Made by a program: the position numbers and the translations under genes. 64,000 nt of DNA from an uncultured delta proteobacterium (GTDB taxonomy: Bacteria; Myxococcota; Myxococcia; Myxococcales; Myxococcaceae), in assembly GCA_963713045.1 (NCBI GenBank), contig CAVQKE010000007.1, positions 128,001 to 192,000 on the forward strand, written 5' to 3'. Position 1 is the stretch's first letter. Every line of letters begins with the position of its first letter. The notes below the pieces were generated by a model. That model did no database searches and was not told the DNA's origin. It saw nothing but the letters and a program-made list of their open reading frames with translations. Shown here piece after piece: positions 33,459 through 44,853 of the stretch.

Positions 33459-34545
33459 ATGCTCGACCAAGCCCTCCTCGGGAAACTGGAAGACGTCGAG
33501 CGCCGCTTCGACCGGCTGACGGCTGCTCTCTCGAGCCCGGAGACGCTGGCCGACTCGGTCAAGTTCCGCAAGGTGGCCAAAGAGCGCGCCGACTTGGAAA
33601 CGCTGGTCGAGACGTTTCGCCGTTACCGGCAGGTGAAGGGGGACGAGGACGAATTCGACCGCTGGCTGAACGGCAGCGACGCGGAGGCACGGGAGATGGC
33701 GCGGAAGGAATTGCCCGCCCTCAAAGCGCGCCGCGAGGAGTTGGAGCTGTCGCTGCACCTGCTGCTGCTGCCTCGCGACCCCAACGACGACAAGAATGTC
33801 ATCCTCGAGGTGCGCGCCGGGGCCGGAGGCGACGAGGCCGGCCTGTTTGCCGAGGAAGTCCTTCAAATGTACCTGCGGTATGCCGAACGCAAAGGCTGGA
33901 AGACGGAACTACTGGACGTCAGCGCCGGCAACGCCGGCGGCCTCAAGGACGCCAGCGCCATCATCTCCGGCGATGGCGTCTACGGCTGGCTCAAGTACGA
34001 ATCCGGGGTGCACCGGGTGCAGCGGGTGCCAGCCACCGAGGCCCAGGGCCGCATCCACACCTCCACCATCACCGTGGCGGTGATGCCCGAAGCAGAGGAC
34101 GTCGACATCCAGCTCAATCCGGCTGACATTGAATTGCAGGTCATGCGCTCCACCGGTGCCGGCGGCCAGAGCGTCAACACCACCGACTCCGCCGTCCGGC
34201 TTCGTCACCGGCCTTCGGGGATTGTGGTGAAGTGCCAGCAGGAGAAGAGCCAAACCAAAAACCGGGCGATGGCGATGAAGATGCTCCGCGCGAAGCTTTT
34301 CGAACTGGAGCAGGAGCGGCAGCTCAGCGAGCGCGAGGCCCTGCGCCGGGGCCAGGTGGGCACCGGCGACCGCAGCGAGAAAATTCGCACCTACAACTTT
34401 CCCTCAGGACCGGCTGACCGACCACCGCATTGGTGTCACCTGGCACAACCTCGCCGCCCGCATGGCCGGAGACATCGATGAGGTGGTGACCGCCTGCCGT
34501 GCTTACTTCGAAGCGGAGCTTCTCAAGGCGGAGGGCGTGAAGTGA
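33459..34545 (+). CDS. prfA: Peptide chain release factor 1; extra C at 34401-34403
   Basis: PAT motif; GAGGQ; RTYNFP continues in the +1 frame as [10 protein letters not shown] to TGA at 34545. Confidence 0.95.
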
Positions 34546-34555
34546 GCTTCAGCGG

Positions 34556-35419
34556 ATGAGTGAAGCCTGGACGGTCCGCCGGCTGCTTGGATGGACGACC
34601 CAGCACTTCGACCGCCGGGGCGTCGACGCCCCACGACTGGCCTCGGAGTTGCTACTGGCCCATGTGCTTGGCCTCGACCGCGTGCGCCTCTACACCGACC
34701 TTGACCGACCACTCGACAAGGCCGAGCTGCAGGCCTACCGCACGCTCATCGAAGCGCGCGTCGACGGGACTCCGGTGCAGTACCTCACCGGCCGTCGCGA
34801 CTTCTACGGCCGTCCGTTTCGGGTCGACGCGCGGGTCCTCATTCCGCGGCCCGAAACGGAGTTGTTGGTGCAGTCCGTGCTTTCTGCGCTTCCTCGCTCG
34901 ACTGCGCTGCGCCTGTTGGACCTGGCCACTGGAAGTGGCTGCATCGGGGTGACGCTCGCCGCCGAGCGGCCCGAGGCCACGGTGGTAGCCACCGACGTCG
35001 ACTCCGGCGCATGCCAGCTGGCCCAGGCCAACGCCGAGGCGGCCGGCGTCGCCCGGCAGGTCCAGGTGCTTCAGGGCGACCTGTTTGTGCCGGTGCAGAC
35101 GCTGGCTCCCTTCGACGCCGTGGTGAGTAACCCGCCCTATGTGCCCAGCGACGAGTTGCCTCGGCTTCAGGCCGAGGTGCAGCGCGAGCCGACACTGGCA
35201 CTGGACGGTGGGCCGGAGGGCCTCAGCGTCCTGACCCGAGTGGTGGACGGGGCCTTCGGCCACCTCGTCCCCGGGGGGCTGCTCGCCCTGGAAATTGGTG
35301 AGGAGCAGGGCGCCGCGGTCCGGAACTTGCTCCTGCAGCGGGGGTATGAGGCAGTGCACATTGAACCGGACTTGGAGCGGCGGGACCGCATGGCCTTCGG
35401 GACACGGCCGCGCGGCTGA
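34556..35419 (+). CDS. prmC: Release factor glutamine methyltransferase
   Basis: [20 protein letters not shown]; follows prfA. Confidence 0.95.
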   Translation: MSEAWTVRRLLGWTTQHFDRRGVDAPRLASELLLAHVLGLDRVRLYTDLDRPLDKAELQAYRTLIEARVDGTPVQYLTGRRDFYGRPFRVDARVLIPRPETELLVQSVLSALPRSTALRLLDLATGSGCIGVTLAAERPEATVVATDVDSGACQLAQANAEAAGVARQVQVLQGDLFVPVQTLAPFDAVVSNPPYVPSDELPRLQAEVQREPTLALDGGPEGLSVLTRVVDGAFGHLVPGGLLALEIGEEQGAAVRNLLLQRGYEAVHIEPDLERRDRMAFGTRPRG

Positions 35420-35456
35420 AAACCCGCGCAGTGCGGGCAAACGGAGGGACCAGGGC

Positions 35457-36719
35457 GTGGACCGAATTCTGGTGGTGGGCGGCCGGCGGCTGGAGGGCGA
35501 GGTGACGGTGTCCGGCGCCAAGAATGCCGCCCTCCCCCTCTTCGCCGCCGCGCTGTTGGCCGACGGCGCAAGCACCTTTCGCAACGTGCCGGACTTGGCG
35601 GACGTGACGACGCTGCTGCGCCTGCTGCGCACCATGGGCGTCGACGCCGAGCGGCTTCCCGGCCAGGAGCGGCATGCGGTGCGGGTGCACGCCGTCAACG
35701 GCATTACCGCTGAGGCGCCCTATGACTTGGTGCGCACCATGCGCGCCTCGGTGCTGGTGCTCGGTCCGCTGTTGGCTCGCTACGGCCACGCCCGGGTGTC
35801 CCTGCCCGGCGGATGTGCCATCGGCGCCCGGCCCATCGACCAGCACCTCAAGGGCTTCGCTGCCCTGGGGGCGGACATCCGCCTGGAAGAAGGCTACGTC
35901 GAGGCGCGGGCGAAGCGGTTGCGCGGGGCCACCGTCCGCTTCGACCGGGTGACGGTGACCGGGACCGAAAATGTCCTGATGGCTGCGGTGCTGGCCGATG
36001 GCCACACCGTCCTGGAGAACGCCGCGCGCGAGCCGGAGGTGGAGGAGTTGGCCCGGGTGCTGCAGGCGATGGGGGCCCACATTGAAGGCGCCGGCACCGA
36101 CACCCTGCACGTTGAGGGGGTCAGCGGACTGCGTCCGGTCGACCACGAAATTCTGCCGGACCGCATCGAGACCGGGACGCTGCTGGTCGCTGCAGCCATC
36201 ACCGGCGGGGACGTGCACGTCCGCGGGGCGCGGGCCGAGCACTTGGACGCGCTGCTCGGGAAACTTCGGGAGGCCGGCTGTACCATCGTCCCCACCGGGA
36301 CGGGCCTGCGCTGCCGCGGACCTGAGGTGCCCCGTCCGGTGGACGTCCAAACCCATGAGCATCCCGGCTTTCCCACCGACATGCAGGCTCAAATCATGGC
36401 GCTGCTCAGCGTCGCCTCGGGGCCAAGCGTCATCTCAGAGAACATTTTTGAGAACCGCTTCATGCACGTGGCGGAGCTGCAACGGATGGGGGCAAACATC
36501 CGCGTCGAGGGCCGCACCGCCGTGGTGAAGGGGGTGCCACAGCTGTCGGGGGCGCCCGTCATGGCCACCGACCTGCGCGCCTCAGCGTCCCTCATCCTGG
36601 CAGGTTTGCGGGCCCAGGGCACCACCGAGTTGTCGCGCGTCTACCACCTCGACCGCGGCTATGAGAGGTTGGAGGCCAAGCTCTCGCTTCTCGGAGCCCA
36701 GGCGACCCGGGTCAAGTGA
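35457..36719 (+). CDS. murA: UDP-N-acetylglucosamine 1-carboxyvinyltransferase
   Basis: [41 protein letters not shown]. Confidence 0.97.
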   Translation: MDRILVVGGRRLEGEVTVSGAKNAALPLFAAALLADGASTFRNVPDLADVTTLLRLLRTMGVDAERLPGQERHAVRVHAVNGITAEAPYDLVRTMRASVLVLGPLLARYGHARVSLPGGCAIGARPIDQHLKGFAALGADIRLEEGYVEARAKRLRGATVRFDRVTVTGTENVLMAAVLADGHTVLENAAREPEVEELARVLQAMGAHIEGAGTDTLHVEGVSGLRPVDHEILPDRIETGTLLVAAAITGGDVHVRGARAEHLDALLGKLREAGCTIVPTGTGLRCRGPEVPRPVDVQTHEHPGFPTDMQAQIMALLSVASGPSVISENIFENRFMHVAELQRMGANIRVEGRTAVVKGVPQLSGAPVMATDLRASASLILAGLRAQGTTELSRVYHLDRGYERLEAKLSLLGAQATRVK

Positions 36720-36826
36720 GCCCTCTTCAGCGGTCGAGGGTTGCAGTCGAAAAATTCTCCGCCCTAGTATCTCCACATTGCGTCCACGGGGCATCGCCCC
36801 GGCCACAGGAGAAGACAAGGTCCGCC

Positions 36827-37213
36827 ATGAATTGCCCCAGCTGCAACGTCGAGATGGGTGAGCTCGATGGGGAAGCGACGTTGCGAAGGTGCGGACAGTG
36901 CTTCGGCTTGTGGATAAATGTCGCCGACCTGAACCGCGTTCTTCTGCACAACAACCTGCCGGGGCTGGAGAGCCTCGGCGGCCGTGTCGACGCCGAGGCA
37001 CTCACCGGCCAATGCCCGGAATGTCAGGTGGACCTGGTCCGCGTGGACGGCGGCGAGCGACAACACCGGCTGCACTACGACACCTGCGAATCCTGCGGCG
37101 GCATCTTTCTGGAATCCGAATTCAAGGATGCCAGCGACGCCCAAGTGGCTTTCGCGGAGATTGTGGACTTCTTCCAGCACTTCTCTGCGAAGAAGAAGCG
37201 CGCCGCGCTGTAA
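36827..37213 (+). CDS. Double zinc-ribbon (zf-TFIIB-like) protein
   Basis: Four CxxC motifs: CPSC, CGQC, CPEC, CESC. Confidence 0.8.
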   Translation: MNCPSCNVEMGELDGEATLRRCGQCFGLWINVADLNRVLLHNNLPGLESLGGRVDAEALTGQCPECQVDLVRVDGGERQHRLHYDTCESCGGIFLESEFKDASDAQVAFAEIVDFFQHFSAKKKRAAL

Positions 37214-37219
37214 AGGCGA

Positions 37220-38053
37220 CTAAGGGCGGTCCCGGTAGGTTTGCCGCAGCTCGCCCACCGGGCCTTCGAGGCTCAAGATTGCCACCGGCTTTCCGCCGGC
37301 CATCGACTGGCTGAAACGCGGGTGCGCCTCCACCTTGCCCATGCCCGGGATGCTGAGCCACACCTCTCCGTCTTTCAGCCCCCATTTGCCCGCCAAGGGC
37401 CGACCCCGCCCGCTGGGCCCCTCCGGCGCCGACCGCCAGCTTCCGTCCAGAAAGAAGGTGAGAGAATGGTCCGGCGCCCCGGCCGGGCCGCCATACCAAA
37501 CGCCCAACATCTCGCTGGCGCCGGGCTGGTAGGCCAGGTGCTTCCGCAGCGCTGCGCCGGCCAGGGGCGTCGTTCCGGAATAGGGCAGAAAGTCGGCCAG
37601 GCACGCCGACGCCAACACGTCCTCTGCGGGGAAGGTGTCCAGCACTTCCAGGGCGAAAATCTGCCCTCTCAGCGCCTTGGGCAACGGCACCGACTGAGGG
37701 CCCTGCCGGTCCTCCAGCGTCACCGTGGCCGTGCCGGTGGGCCCCCGCACCAGCATCTTCCGCACCCGGCTGAAGGCATGAAACGTCTCCTCACTGGCCC
37801 CATTTCCGGTGGTGACTTCAAGCCGAGTCAACGTCACGGGTTCGGCAAAGCCGAAGCTGAGCATCTCGCTGAGGGCGTCCGCGCCCCGGCTGCACCAGAC
37901 GGTGGAGGGCACTCCGTCGAGAAGGTTGAGGGGCGTGTACCGGCTCGGCGTGGAGGCGTCCAGTTGCCCACTGGCCCGTACCCAGCCAACGCTGGGCGAA
38001 GCCGGCGCCGCCATTGCCGTCAACAGCACCACCACCAAGGCTGAGGCGCGCAT
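37220..38053 (-). CDS. Secreted protein with discoidin/glycan-binding-like domain
   Basis: Signal peptide; YTPLNLLDG..STVWC. Confidence 0.65.
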   Translation of the reverse strand: MRASALVVVLLTAMAAPASPSVGWVRASGQLDASTPSRYTPLNLLDGVPSTVWCSRGADALSEMLSFGFAEPVTLTRLEVTTGNGASEETFHAFSRVRKMLVRGPTGTATVTLEDRQGPQSVPLPKALRGQIFALEVLDTFPAEDVLASACLADFLPYSGTTPLAGAALRKHLAYQPGASEMLGVWYGGPAGAPDHSLTFFLDGSWRSAPEGPSGRGRPLAGKWGLKDGEVWLSIPGMGKVEAHPRFSQSMAGGKPVAILSLEGPVGELRQTYRDRP

Positions 38054-38188
38054 GGCCTCCCATGCTGCATTGGGCCGGACTCCAGCACCAGCCCGCAGTG
38101 GGGGACCCCCTTGGGAAGGCCGGCTGCCCAGGAAGGGGGCCTGGGGCACTTGTCAGCGTGTCCAACTGCTGTGGTAGGCGTTTCCTTC

Positions 38189-39976
38189 TTGAAACGTCCG
38201 ACGGGCGCCACTCCCCTACTTCTGCTGTTGGCGGCGGCCTGCCCACGCCCCGCGCCGCCAGCCGCGCCGCCCGTGGCCGCCGACGCCGGCCCCGTCCAGC
38301 GGGCGGAGGTCGAGCCCAATGACCGGCCCGAGCAGGCCATGGCCATCGGCGAATCCACCGTCATCACCGGCAGCCTCACGTCGGACCCGGCCCGGCCGGA
38401 TGAGGACTGGTACCTCCTCTTCACGGACCATCCCCGGGTGGTGGATGTCGGAATGACGGGCATTCCGGGGACCGAGGTGGTGCTGGAAGTGTACGACATC
38501 GCCCGCAACCGCCTAGCCGCCGTCACCGGCGAGGCAGAGGGAGGGCCAGCGCGGCTGCCCAACCTTCTGGTGAAGGACAAGCTGCTTCTCAAAGTGTCCG
38601 GCCGCCGCGGCACGGGCGGCGCGTACAAGCTGTCGCTCCTCTTTGCCGAGCCCGTCGCCGGCCTGGAAGCCGAACCGAATGACCGGGCAGCCGACGCCAC
38701 GGAAGTGACGTCCACCCCAGAAGGCCAGGGCCCCTGGGTGGTGAAGGGCTTTGTCAGCCAACCGAGTGACGAGGACTACTACCGCTTGGTCCTCATTCCG
38801 CAGGCGGCGAGCGACGCCGGCCCCGCGCCCTCCGACGGCGGAGCGACGGCCGAGGGCGCCGCGGACGCCGGGCTGCCGGCCCAGGAAGCCCTGGCAGCGG
38901 ATGGGGGCGCGGCGCCGACCGAAGTGCCGCGGGTGCCGCTGCGCATTGGGCTGAGCGCCGTCCCCGGTGTCCGCCTGGAGGTCCAGGTGCTGTCTGAAGC
39001 CCAGGCGCAGCTCTTCATCGGCCGCGGCCAGGAAGGGGAAGCCTTCGACCAGCGCAATGTCGCCGTCCGGGCGACGGACAGCGTCGTCTATGTGCTGGTG
39101 CGGAGCGCCTGGACCGGGAGCGGCAAGGGGGCGCATCGGGGAAGCAACCCGGACGTGCCCTACACCCTCACCGTCTCTCGCGAGGCGGCCGGCGCCAATG
39201 CAGAATTCGAACCCAACGACGACTTGGCCCACGCCACGCCCCTGCCCCTGAACGGTTACCGCGAAGGCTTCCTCTCCCCCAAGGGCGACGTCGACTACTA
39301 CGTGCTGCGCGTGCCCCAGCCGTCGCTGGCACGCTTCGAGTTGACCGGGCTCGACCGGGTGGACCTCATCCTCTCGGTGGTGGCCCCAGGCGACAAGCCC
39401 GGAACGGAGAAGGTGCTGCTCAAGTCCAATGACGGCGCGGTGAAGGAGCCGGAACGTCTCAACAGCGTGGCCTGCGTTTCGGAATGCTACGTGAAAGTCG
39501 AGGGCGCACCGCGCAAGGTGAATGGGAAATGGGTGCGGGACTTCGAGAACGCAGAGCAGCCCTACCGCCTCACCGTCACGACGACGCCTGACACCGGCGC
39601 CGAGGAGCGCGAGCCAAACGACTCTCCCGAGACGGCCACTCCGCTGGCGCCCGGAAAGCCGGTGCGGGGCACCATCTACCCGAAGCGCGACGTGGACTTC
39701 TACCGGCTCGACCTGGGCGACCGCCAGGTCAAGACGCCGCTCCGGGCCACCGTCACCGGCATTCTCAAGGTGGACGTCGCGCTGTTTCTCTACCGGCAGG
39801 AAGACGACGGCACCCTGACGCTGGTGCAAACCGCCGACCGCGCCAAGGGCGACGCGCCGGAAGTCATCCGCTACGCAGCCGAACCCGGGACGTATTTCTT
39901 CAAAGTGCAGGACTCAAAAAATCGCGAGTCCAACTTCCAGGACAGCTACCAACTCACCGTCGAAGAGTCGGACTAG
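38189..39976 (+). CDS. Lipoprotein with four repeated ExEPND (PPC-like) domains
   Basis: Lipobox AAAC; EVEPND, EAEPND, EFEPND, EREPND, each followed by DxDxY; start uncertain. Confidence 0.75.
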   Translation: MKRPTGATPLLLLLAAACPRPAPPAAPPVAADAGPVQRAEVEPNDRPEQAMAIGESTVITGSLTSDPARPDEDWYLLFTDHPRVVDVGMTGIPGTEVVLEVYDIARNRLAAVTGEAEGGPARLPNLLVKDKLLLKVSGRRGTGGAYKLSLLFAEPVAGLEAEPNDRAADATEVTSTPEGQGPWVVKGFVSQPSDEDYYRLVLIPQAASDAGPAPSDGGATAEGAADAGLPAQEALAADGGAAPTEVPRVPLRIGLSAVPGVRLEVQVLSEAQAQLFIGRGQEGEAFDQRNVAVRATDSVVYVLVRSAWTGSGKGAHRGSNPDVPYTLTVSREAAGANAEFEPNDDLAHATPLPLNGYREGFLSPKGDVDYYVLRVPQPSLARFELTGLDRVDLILSVVAPGDKPGTEKVLLKSNDGAVKEPERLNSVACVSECYVKVEGAPRKVNGKWVRDFENAEQPYRLTVTTTPDTGAEEREPNDSPETATPLAPGKPVRGTIYPKRDVDFYRLDLGDRQVKTPLRATVTGILKVDVALFLYRQEDDGTLTLVQTADRAKGDAPEVIRYAAEPGTYFFKVQDSKNRESNFQDSYQLTVEESD

Positions 39977-39994
39977 GTCCGCACGAGGCCGTCG

Positions 39995-40923
39995 CTAGGG
40001 GAGGAAGCCGCGCAAATATGCCTCCACGCCGACGGGTCGGTAGCTGGGGAAAAGCTCGGTGGCCTCCAGCACATCCGCCCGCCGTTTGCCGGCGAGGCCT
40101 TGAATCCACGCCGAGCGGGCGATTTGGGCGTAGATGAGGTACGCCATCTTGTCCGGTATGGCCGCCAGCTCTTCAATGTTGCGGTCGACGGTGGCGGCCG
40201 AGAGGGTGCGGCGCTGTAGCTTCTTACCGGAGAGCCGCTCACACAGGCTGATGAGCTCCGCTTGGGTGTAGAGGTTGGCGACGGGCAGCATCGAAACTTC
40301 GCGGTTTTCCGTCTTGGGTTCGTCCAGCATCAGCACGGTGTAGGCGGCGATGTCGCCCATGTCGAGGAGCGCCATCTTCACGTTGCCCTCACCGAGGATT
40401 TCGACTTCTTTCTCCGGCGGCGCCTGGAGGCCCAGCTGTCCGAGGCTGGCAGCCCAAAAGGGGAAGAAGCCGTTGGCGTAAACGTAAGTGACGGCGATGC
40501 CCGTCTTCTGCAGCGGCTGGTGCAAGTCGCGCTTCCAGTCGAAGAGGAGGCAGCTGCCCTTGGGCGTGAGGATGACGTCCACCCCAAACTCCGACGGGAC
40601 GAAGCGCCGCGCCCCGGCCTTCTTCGCCGCGCTGGCCAGCGCCACCTGGTGGGAGAGTGGGGGCCCATTGACGCAGGAAATGACGGCGTCCATCCCTCGG
40701 CAGGCGCGCTCGACGGACGCGGTGTCCTCGATGGTGCCCTCGACCAGGGTGGCTCCCTCTTCTTTCAAGGCGTCAACAGCTTTTCGCTTGTCCGCCTGCG
40801 TGGACTTCGCCGTTTCCGGCCGCAGCAGCACGCGGACGTCCTTTTTCGCTTCCGCAGCTCCGAGACGATGTAAGGCCCGATGTGGCCGGTGGCTCCAACG
40901 ACGAGGACGGTTTGCGTTCCCAT
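39995..40923 (-). CDS. NmrA/isoflavone reductase-like NAD(P)-binding protein; frameshift near 40845
   Basis: VLVVGATGHIG; RFVPSEFG; one more base in the T5 run at 40842-40846 joins the frames. Confidence 0.85.
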
Positions 40924-41276
40924 CTGCTTTCTCCCCCTCCTCCGCACGGGCTGAAGTGCGCCCGCAAGCCACGGCATCCGTGCAATGGCTGGTCGCGACC
41001 GTTCCGCCTCAATCCGGTCACTCCCCGGGCACCGACAAATGCTGGAGTGCACCAAGGCCGTGCGACCGAAGTCGTCCGCAACTTTGTGTTGCATCACGAT
41101 GCGCACCGTGAGTACGCCTGTCGCTGCCTCGCCCACGGGCGGCTTGGGGGGCCGACTGAAACGGATGTTCGCTTTGCGACAGTGGGCGAGGGTCGCGAAT
41201 CTCCGGCAGCGCTTCGAAGCGCCGGTTGTCGGTGTTGTAGCTCTGGCAAGCCTTCTACCTAAGGGGAACAACCACG

Positions 41277-42986
41277 ATGGGTCCGAGACACGTGAAGTTC
41301 ACCACCGTCGGCGTGCTGCTACTTGCGTCCGCGCTGACTTCTCCCATGCTTGCCCAGGCTCAAGAGAAGAAGCCCAACATCCTGTTCATCATGGGCGATG
41401 ACATTGGCTGGATGCAGCCAAGCATCTACCACCGCGGCCTGATGGTGGGGGAAACGCCCAACATCGACCGCATCGGGAACGAGGGCGCAATTTTCATGGA
41501 CTACTTGGCCATGCAAAGTTGCACGTCGGGCCGCAACGCCTTCTTCACCGGGATGTACCCACTGCGCACGGGGATGATTCCCCCGCAACTCCCCGGTAGC
41601 CCATCCTACCTTCGACCTGGCACACCGGCCCTCGCTGTCTTCCTCCACGACCTCGGCTACACCACCGGGGAGTTCGGCAAGAACCACCTCGGCGACCACA
41701 CCGCCGCTCTACCGACAGCCCACGGCTTTCAGGAGTATTGGGGCTACCTCTACCACCTGGACGCGATGCAGCAGGTGAGCTTCCCCGACATCAACAAGAC
41801 CCCGCTGGTGCAAGGCATCGCGCCGCCATGCAAGAACACTCCGGTCCCCGGCCTGACCGACCCCCCGGGCGCCGTCGACCCGAGGACCGCGACGTGCCTG
41901 ACGCCGCCCCGCCCTGTCATCTGGTGCAAGTCTTCGGACGGCACGGAGAAGAACCAGAGCTGCAAGGACGAGGGCCCCTTGACGCTTGACCGTTCGAGGA
42001 CCGTGGACGAGGAGATTTCAGCCAAGGTCATCGACTTCCTCGACCGCAACGACCCGAAGAGGACTGGGAAGCCCTTCTTCGTTTGGTACAACCCGGCGCG
42101 TATGCATGTCACGACCATGCTTTCCCCAAAGTATGAGGCGATGATTGGAACGCAGGGAGGCAAGGACTGGGGCCTCAATGAAGCCGGCATGAAGCAGCTG
42201 GACGACAACATCGGCTATGTCCTCAAGAAGCTCGAGGACATGGGCCAACTCGACAACACCATCGTTGTCTTCACGACGGACAACGGTGCTGAGACAGTGA
42301 GCTTTCCGGACGGCGGCATTACCCCATTCAAAGGTCAGAAAGGCGAGGCGTGGGAAGGCGGCTACCGCGCGCCACAGGTCGTCCGCTGGCCCGGTCACAT
42401 CAAGCCAGGGACGGTGAAGAAGGAGATGTTCGCGGCTCTCGACTGGCTCCCAACATTCGTCGACATCGCCGGAGGGCCCAAGGGAGATGGGCTCAAGAAG
42501 CAAATCGAAGCGGGCAAGTACCCGGGCATCGTCAAGACGACGCTCGATGGCTTCGACCAACGGGACTACCTTGAGGGCAAGTCGGACAAATCTGCGCGAG
42601 ATGTCTTCTTTTACTACTCAGGCGCGACGCCATCCGCCGTGCGCTACAAGAATTGGAAAATGTATTACTCGATGGCGCCTTCGGGTGCGAGTGGCTGGTT
42701 CATGCCCCTCGTGAACTTCCACTGGACTTTGGTCGGGAATGTCAAGCGCGACCCCTTCGAGCAAACGGTTAGCTTCGGAGAATCAAAATCAGCGATGGCG
42801 CTGGGGGGGTCACTCGGCTCCCCATCCACTGCGTATTTGTACGACTGGAACATGCTGCCGGTGGGCCAGCTGCTCTGGGAAAAGGAACTCTATTCGTTCA
42901 AGGAATTCCCGCCGCTGCAAGCTGCGGAGACCTACAACCTCAATGGCATCTTGAAGGAAATGGAGCACAACAAGGGAGACGACTAG
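41277..42986 (+). CDS. Secreted arylsulfatase (formylglycine-dependent)
   Basis: KPNILFIMGDDIG; SCTSGR; FGKNHLGD; TTDNG; KGEAWEGGYR. Confidence 0.93.
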   Translation: MGPRHVKFTTVGVLLLASALTSPMLAQAQEKKPNILFIMGDDIGWMQPSIYHRGLMVGETPNIDRIGNEGAIFMDYLAMQSCTSGRNAFFTGMYPLRTGMIPPQLPGSPSYLRPGTPALAVFLHDLGYTTGEFGKNHLGDHTAALPTAHGFQEYWGYLYHLDAMQQVSFPDINKTPLVQGIAPPCKNTPVPGLTDPPGAVDPRTATCLTPPRPVIWCKSSDGTEKNQSCKDEGPLTLDRSRTVDEEISAKVIDFLDRNDPKRTGKPFFVWYNPARMHVTTMLSPKYEAMIGTQGGKDWGLNEAGMKQLDDNIGYVLKKLEDMGQLDNTIVVFTTDNGAETVSFPDGGITPFKGQKGEAWEGGYRAPQVVRWPGHIKPGTVKKEMFAALDWLPTFVDIAGGPKGDGLKKQIEAGKYPGIVKTTLDGFDQRDYLEGKSDKSARDVFFYYSGATPSAVRYKNWKMYYSMAPSGASGWFMPLVNFHWTLVGNVKRDPFEQTVSFGESKSAMALGGSLGSPSTAYLYDWNMLPVGQLLWEKELYSFKEFPPLQAAETYNLNGILKEMEHNKGDD

Positions 42987-43023
42987 GCGCGGCCGGGGTT
43001 ACTGGCGTCAAGTTTAACGCTGA

Positions 43024-43051
43024 CCGGGCGGTCCTCAGGCGGACCGCCCGG
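43024..43051 (+). terminator. GC hairpin after the sulfatase
   Basis: CCGGGCGGTCC-N6-GGACCGCCCGG, perfect 11-bp stem. Confidence 0.6.
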
Positions 43052-43157
43052 CGAAACGGAGATGTACGAATATTGACCTGAAGCCGTCCTGTCGTTGGCT
43101 ATGCTTTAGGAACCATCCGTCGAGCCGGACTCCTTCGCACGCGATGAGGAGGCTAAG

Positions 43158-43496
43158 GTGAAGCAGGTGGTCGAGATTCGTTCGTACAACCTGAAGGCAG
43201 GAACCCGTGAGCGCTTTCATCGCCGCTTCGTGGACGAGTCGCTACCGATGCTGCGGCGTCGCAATATCGACGTGGTGGCATACGGCGCATCGCTGGACGA
43301 GGCCGACTCGTACTTTCTGATCCGGGGGTTTGCGAGCCTAGCGGAACGCCGGTCTAGCGAGGATGCCTTCTACGGAAGCGAGGAGTGGCGAAAGGGACCG
43401 CGCGATGCCGTCATGGCCGACATCGAAAGCTTTACGACCGTCGTCCTGCGCGTCGAACCAGAGACGCTTCAAGCCCTGCGCGCTTTGACGGCATAG
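43158..43496 (+). CDS. NIPSNAP family protein
   Basis: EIRSYNLKAG; FYGSEEW; GAGGAG RBS. Confidence 0.85.
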   Translation: MKQVVEIRSYNLKAGTRERFHRRFVDESLPMLRRRNIDVVAYGASLDEADSYFLIRGFASLAERRSSEDAFYGSEEWRKGPRDAVMADIESFTTVVLRVEPETLQALRALTA

Positions 43497-43516
43497 TTTT
43501 CGGTACGCTTAGCGTG

Positions 43517-43685
43517 ATGCGACCCCTTCGGTGTTCCATCAACGTCACACTGGACGGGTGCTGCGATCATCGTGCAATCGTCCCGGACGAAGGCTTGCAT
43601 CGCCACGCGGTCGAGAACCTTGCCCCAGGTCGATGCCCTCCTCGTTGGCCGGGTCACCTACGAAATGATGGACTCAAAACCCAGT
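43517..43685 (+). pseudogene. Dihydrofolate reductase/RibD-C family 5' fragment
   Basis: MRPLRCSINVTLDGCCDH, frameshift near 43625, then DALLVGRVTYEMM; similarity ends at the 3' end of the convergent AraC gene. Confidence 0.7.
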
Positions 43686-43688
43686 GGT

Positions 43689-44612
43689 TCAAAGTGCGGC
43701 CGAGCTCGCTTTCGTCACATCGCGGGGAGGACCCAGCCAACCGCGCGCCTGCTCGCGGAATTGCGATGGGGTCGTCCCAAACGCAGCATGGAAGCGGGCC
43801 GAGAAGTGACTGTGACTAGAGAACCCCAGCTCGAGCGCAAGCTCAGTGAGGTCGTCTGCTTGTGAAAGCGCTACAAGGGCCCGCGCCAGCCGCAGTTGCG
43901 TAAGGTACCGGTGTAGCGGGACACCCTCCACCGCGCGGAACACCTGGGTCAGGTAGACCGGAGATGCGCCGACTGCGATGCCGACATCGGCGAGCCGAAT
44001 GGGGTGAGCGTGCTCGGCTTCCAGGTAAGCCTTGGTCCGTGCAATGAGCTTCTGCGTCGACCGGGCTGGATTGTGTCGAGGGGCATCGTCGTCGAGGGCC
44101 GACCTGAGCAATGCCAACACCAGCTCCTCCGCAGCGAGCGCGTCGTCATTCGCTCCGCCAAGGGCCCGAAAGAGGAGCTGCGCCCTAAGACTCTGCACCG
44201 AAGGGCTAACACGGCGACTCCGACGGTGAAACAGCGCGTGAGACGCAAGAGCGCCCCCGCTCGCATGCCCGAGCTCCGCGACGATGGACGCAGCGGGCGT
44301 GACAATGAGCTCCGCATAGCCGCCTGCGACCGGGTGGCTCATGCGATAGCGCTCACCACCGGTGACGAACAGTGCCTGGTTTGCATCACCCACCACCTCG
44401 TCGTGGCCCACATGCCAGACGAAGAGGCCGCGGTACGGGAGGGCGACCTGGAACTCCGCTGAGAACGCTTCTCCGTCGAGCTCGTTCAGCGCGCCGCCGG
44501 CCCGGACATCTTCGACCAGTCCGAGTGACAGCTCGAAGAGGCGGGTGCGCGATCGCGTCGCGCAAAGGCCGCGCTCTGGCTCGATCTTCGATGCGAGCTG
44601 AAGTGAAACCAT
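43689..44612 (-). CDS. AraC family transcriptional regulator
   Basis: LADVGIAVGASPVYLTQVF; LALELGFSSHSHFSARFHAAFGTTPSQFR. Confidence 0.92.
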   Translation of the reverse strand: MVSLQLASKIEPERGLCATRSRTRLFELSLGLVEDVRAGGALNELDGEAFSAEFQVALPYRGLFVWHVGHDEVVGDANQALFVTGGERYRMSHPVAGGYAELIVTPAASIVAELGHASGGALASHALFHRRSRRVSPSVQSLRAQLLFRALGGANDDALAAEELVLALLRSALDDDAPRHNPARSTQKLIARTKAYLEAEHAHPIRLADVGIAVGASPVYLTQVFRAVEGVPLHRYLTQLRLARALVALSQADDLTELALELGFSSHSHFSARFHAAFGTTPSQFREQARGWLGPPRDVTKASSAAL

Positions 44613-44651
44613 GCTCCTAGGCTACTACGCTGCGCTCTTCGTGCCGAGCGT

Positions 44652-44708
44652 TGTGAAAGCGGAGCTTAAGAATGTGACAGCGCTAGCGAGCCAAAGAGCG
44701 TGACAGCG
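44652..44708 (+). promoter_or_regulatory. Putative AraC operator direct repeats
   Basis: TGTGAAAGCG (44652), TGTGACAGCG (44673, 21 bp later) and CGTGACAGCG (44699) in the divergent intergenic region. Confidence 0.4.
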
Positions 44709-44853
44709 AAGCCACCCTCGTTCGTCCACTCTTGCGCGCATGTCGTGGCCCTCGCTTGAAGCCCCTAGGTTGGAGCTCGCTCATTTGCTGAACCGAGCAC
44801 GCTTCGCCCACACGCGTCGGTCATGACCACCACGTCGCTGCGAGGAGGTTTCG

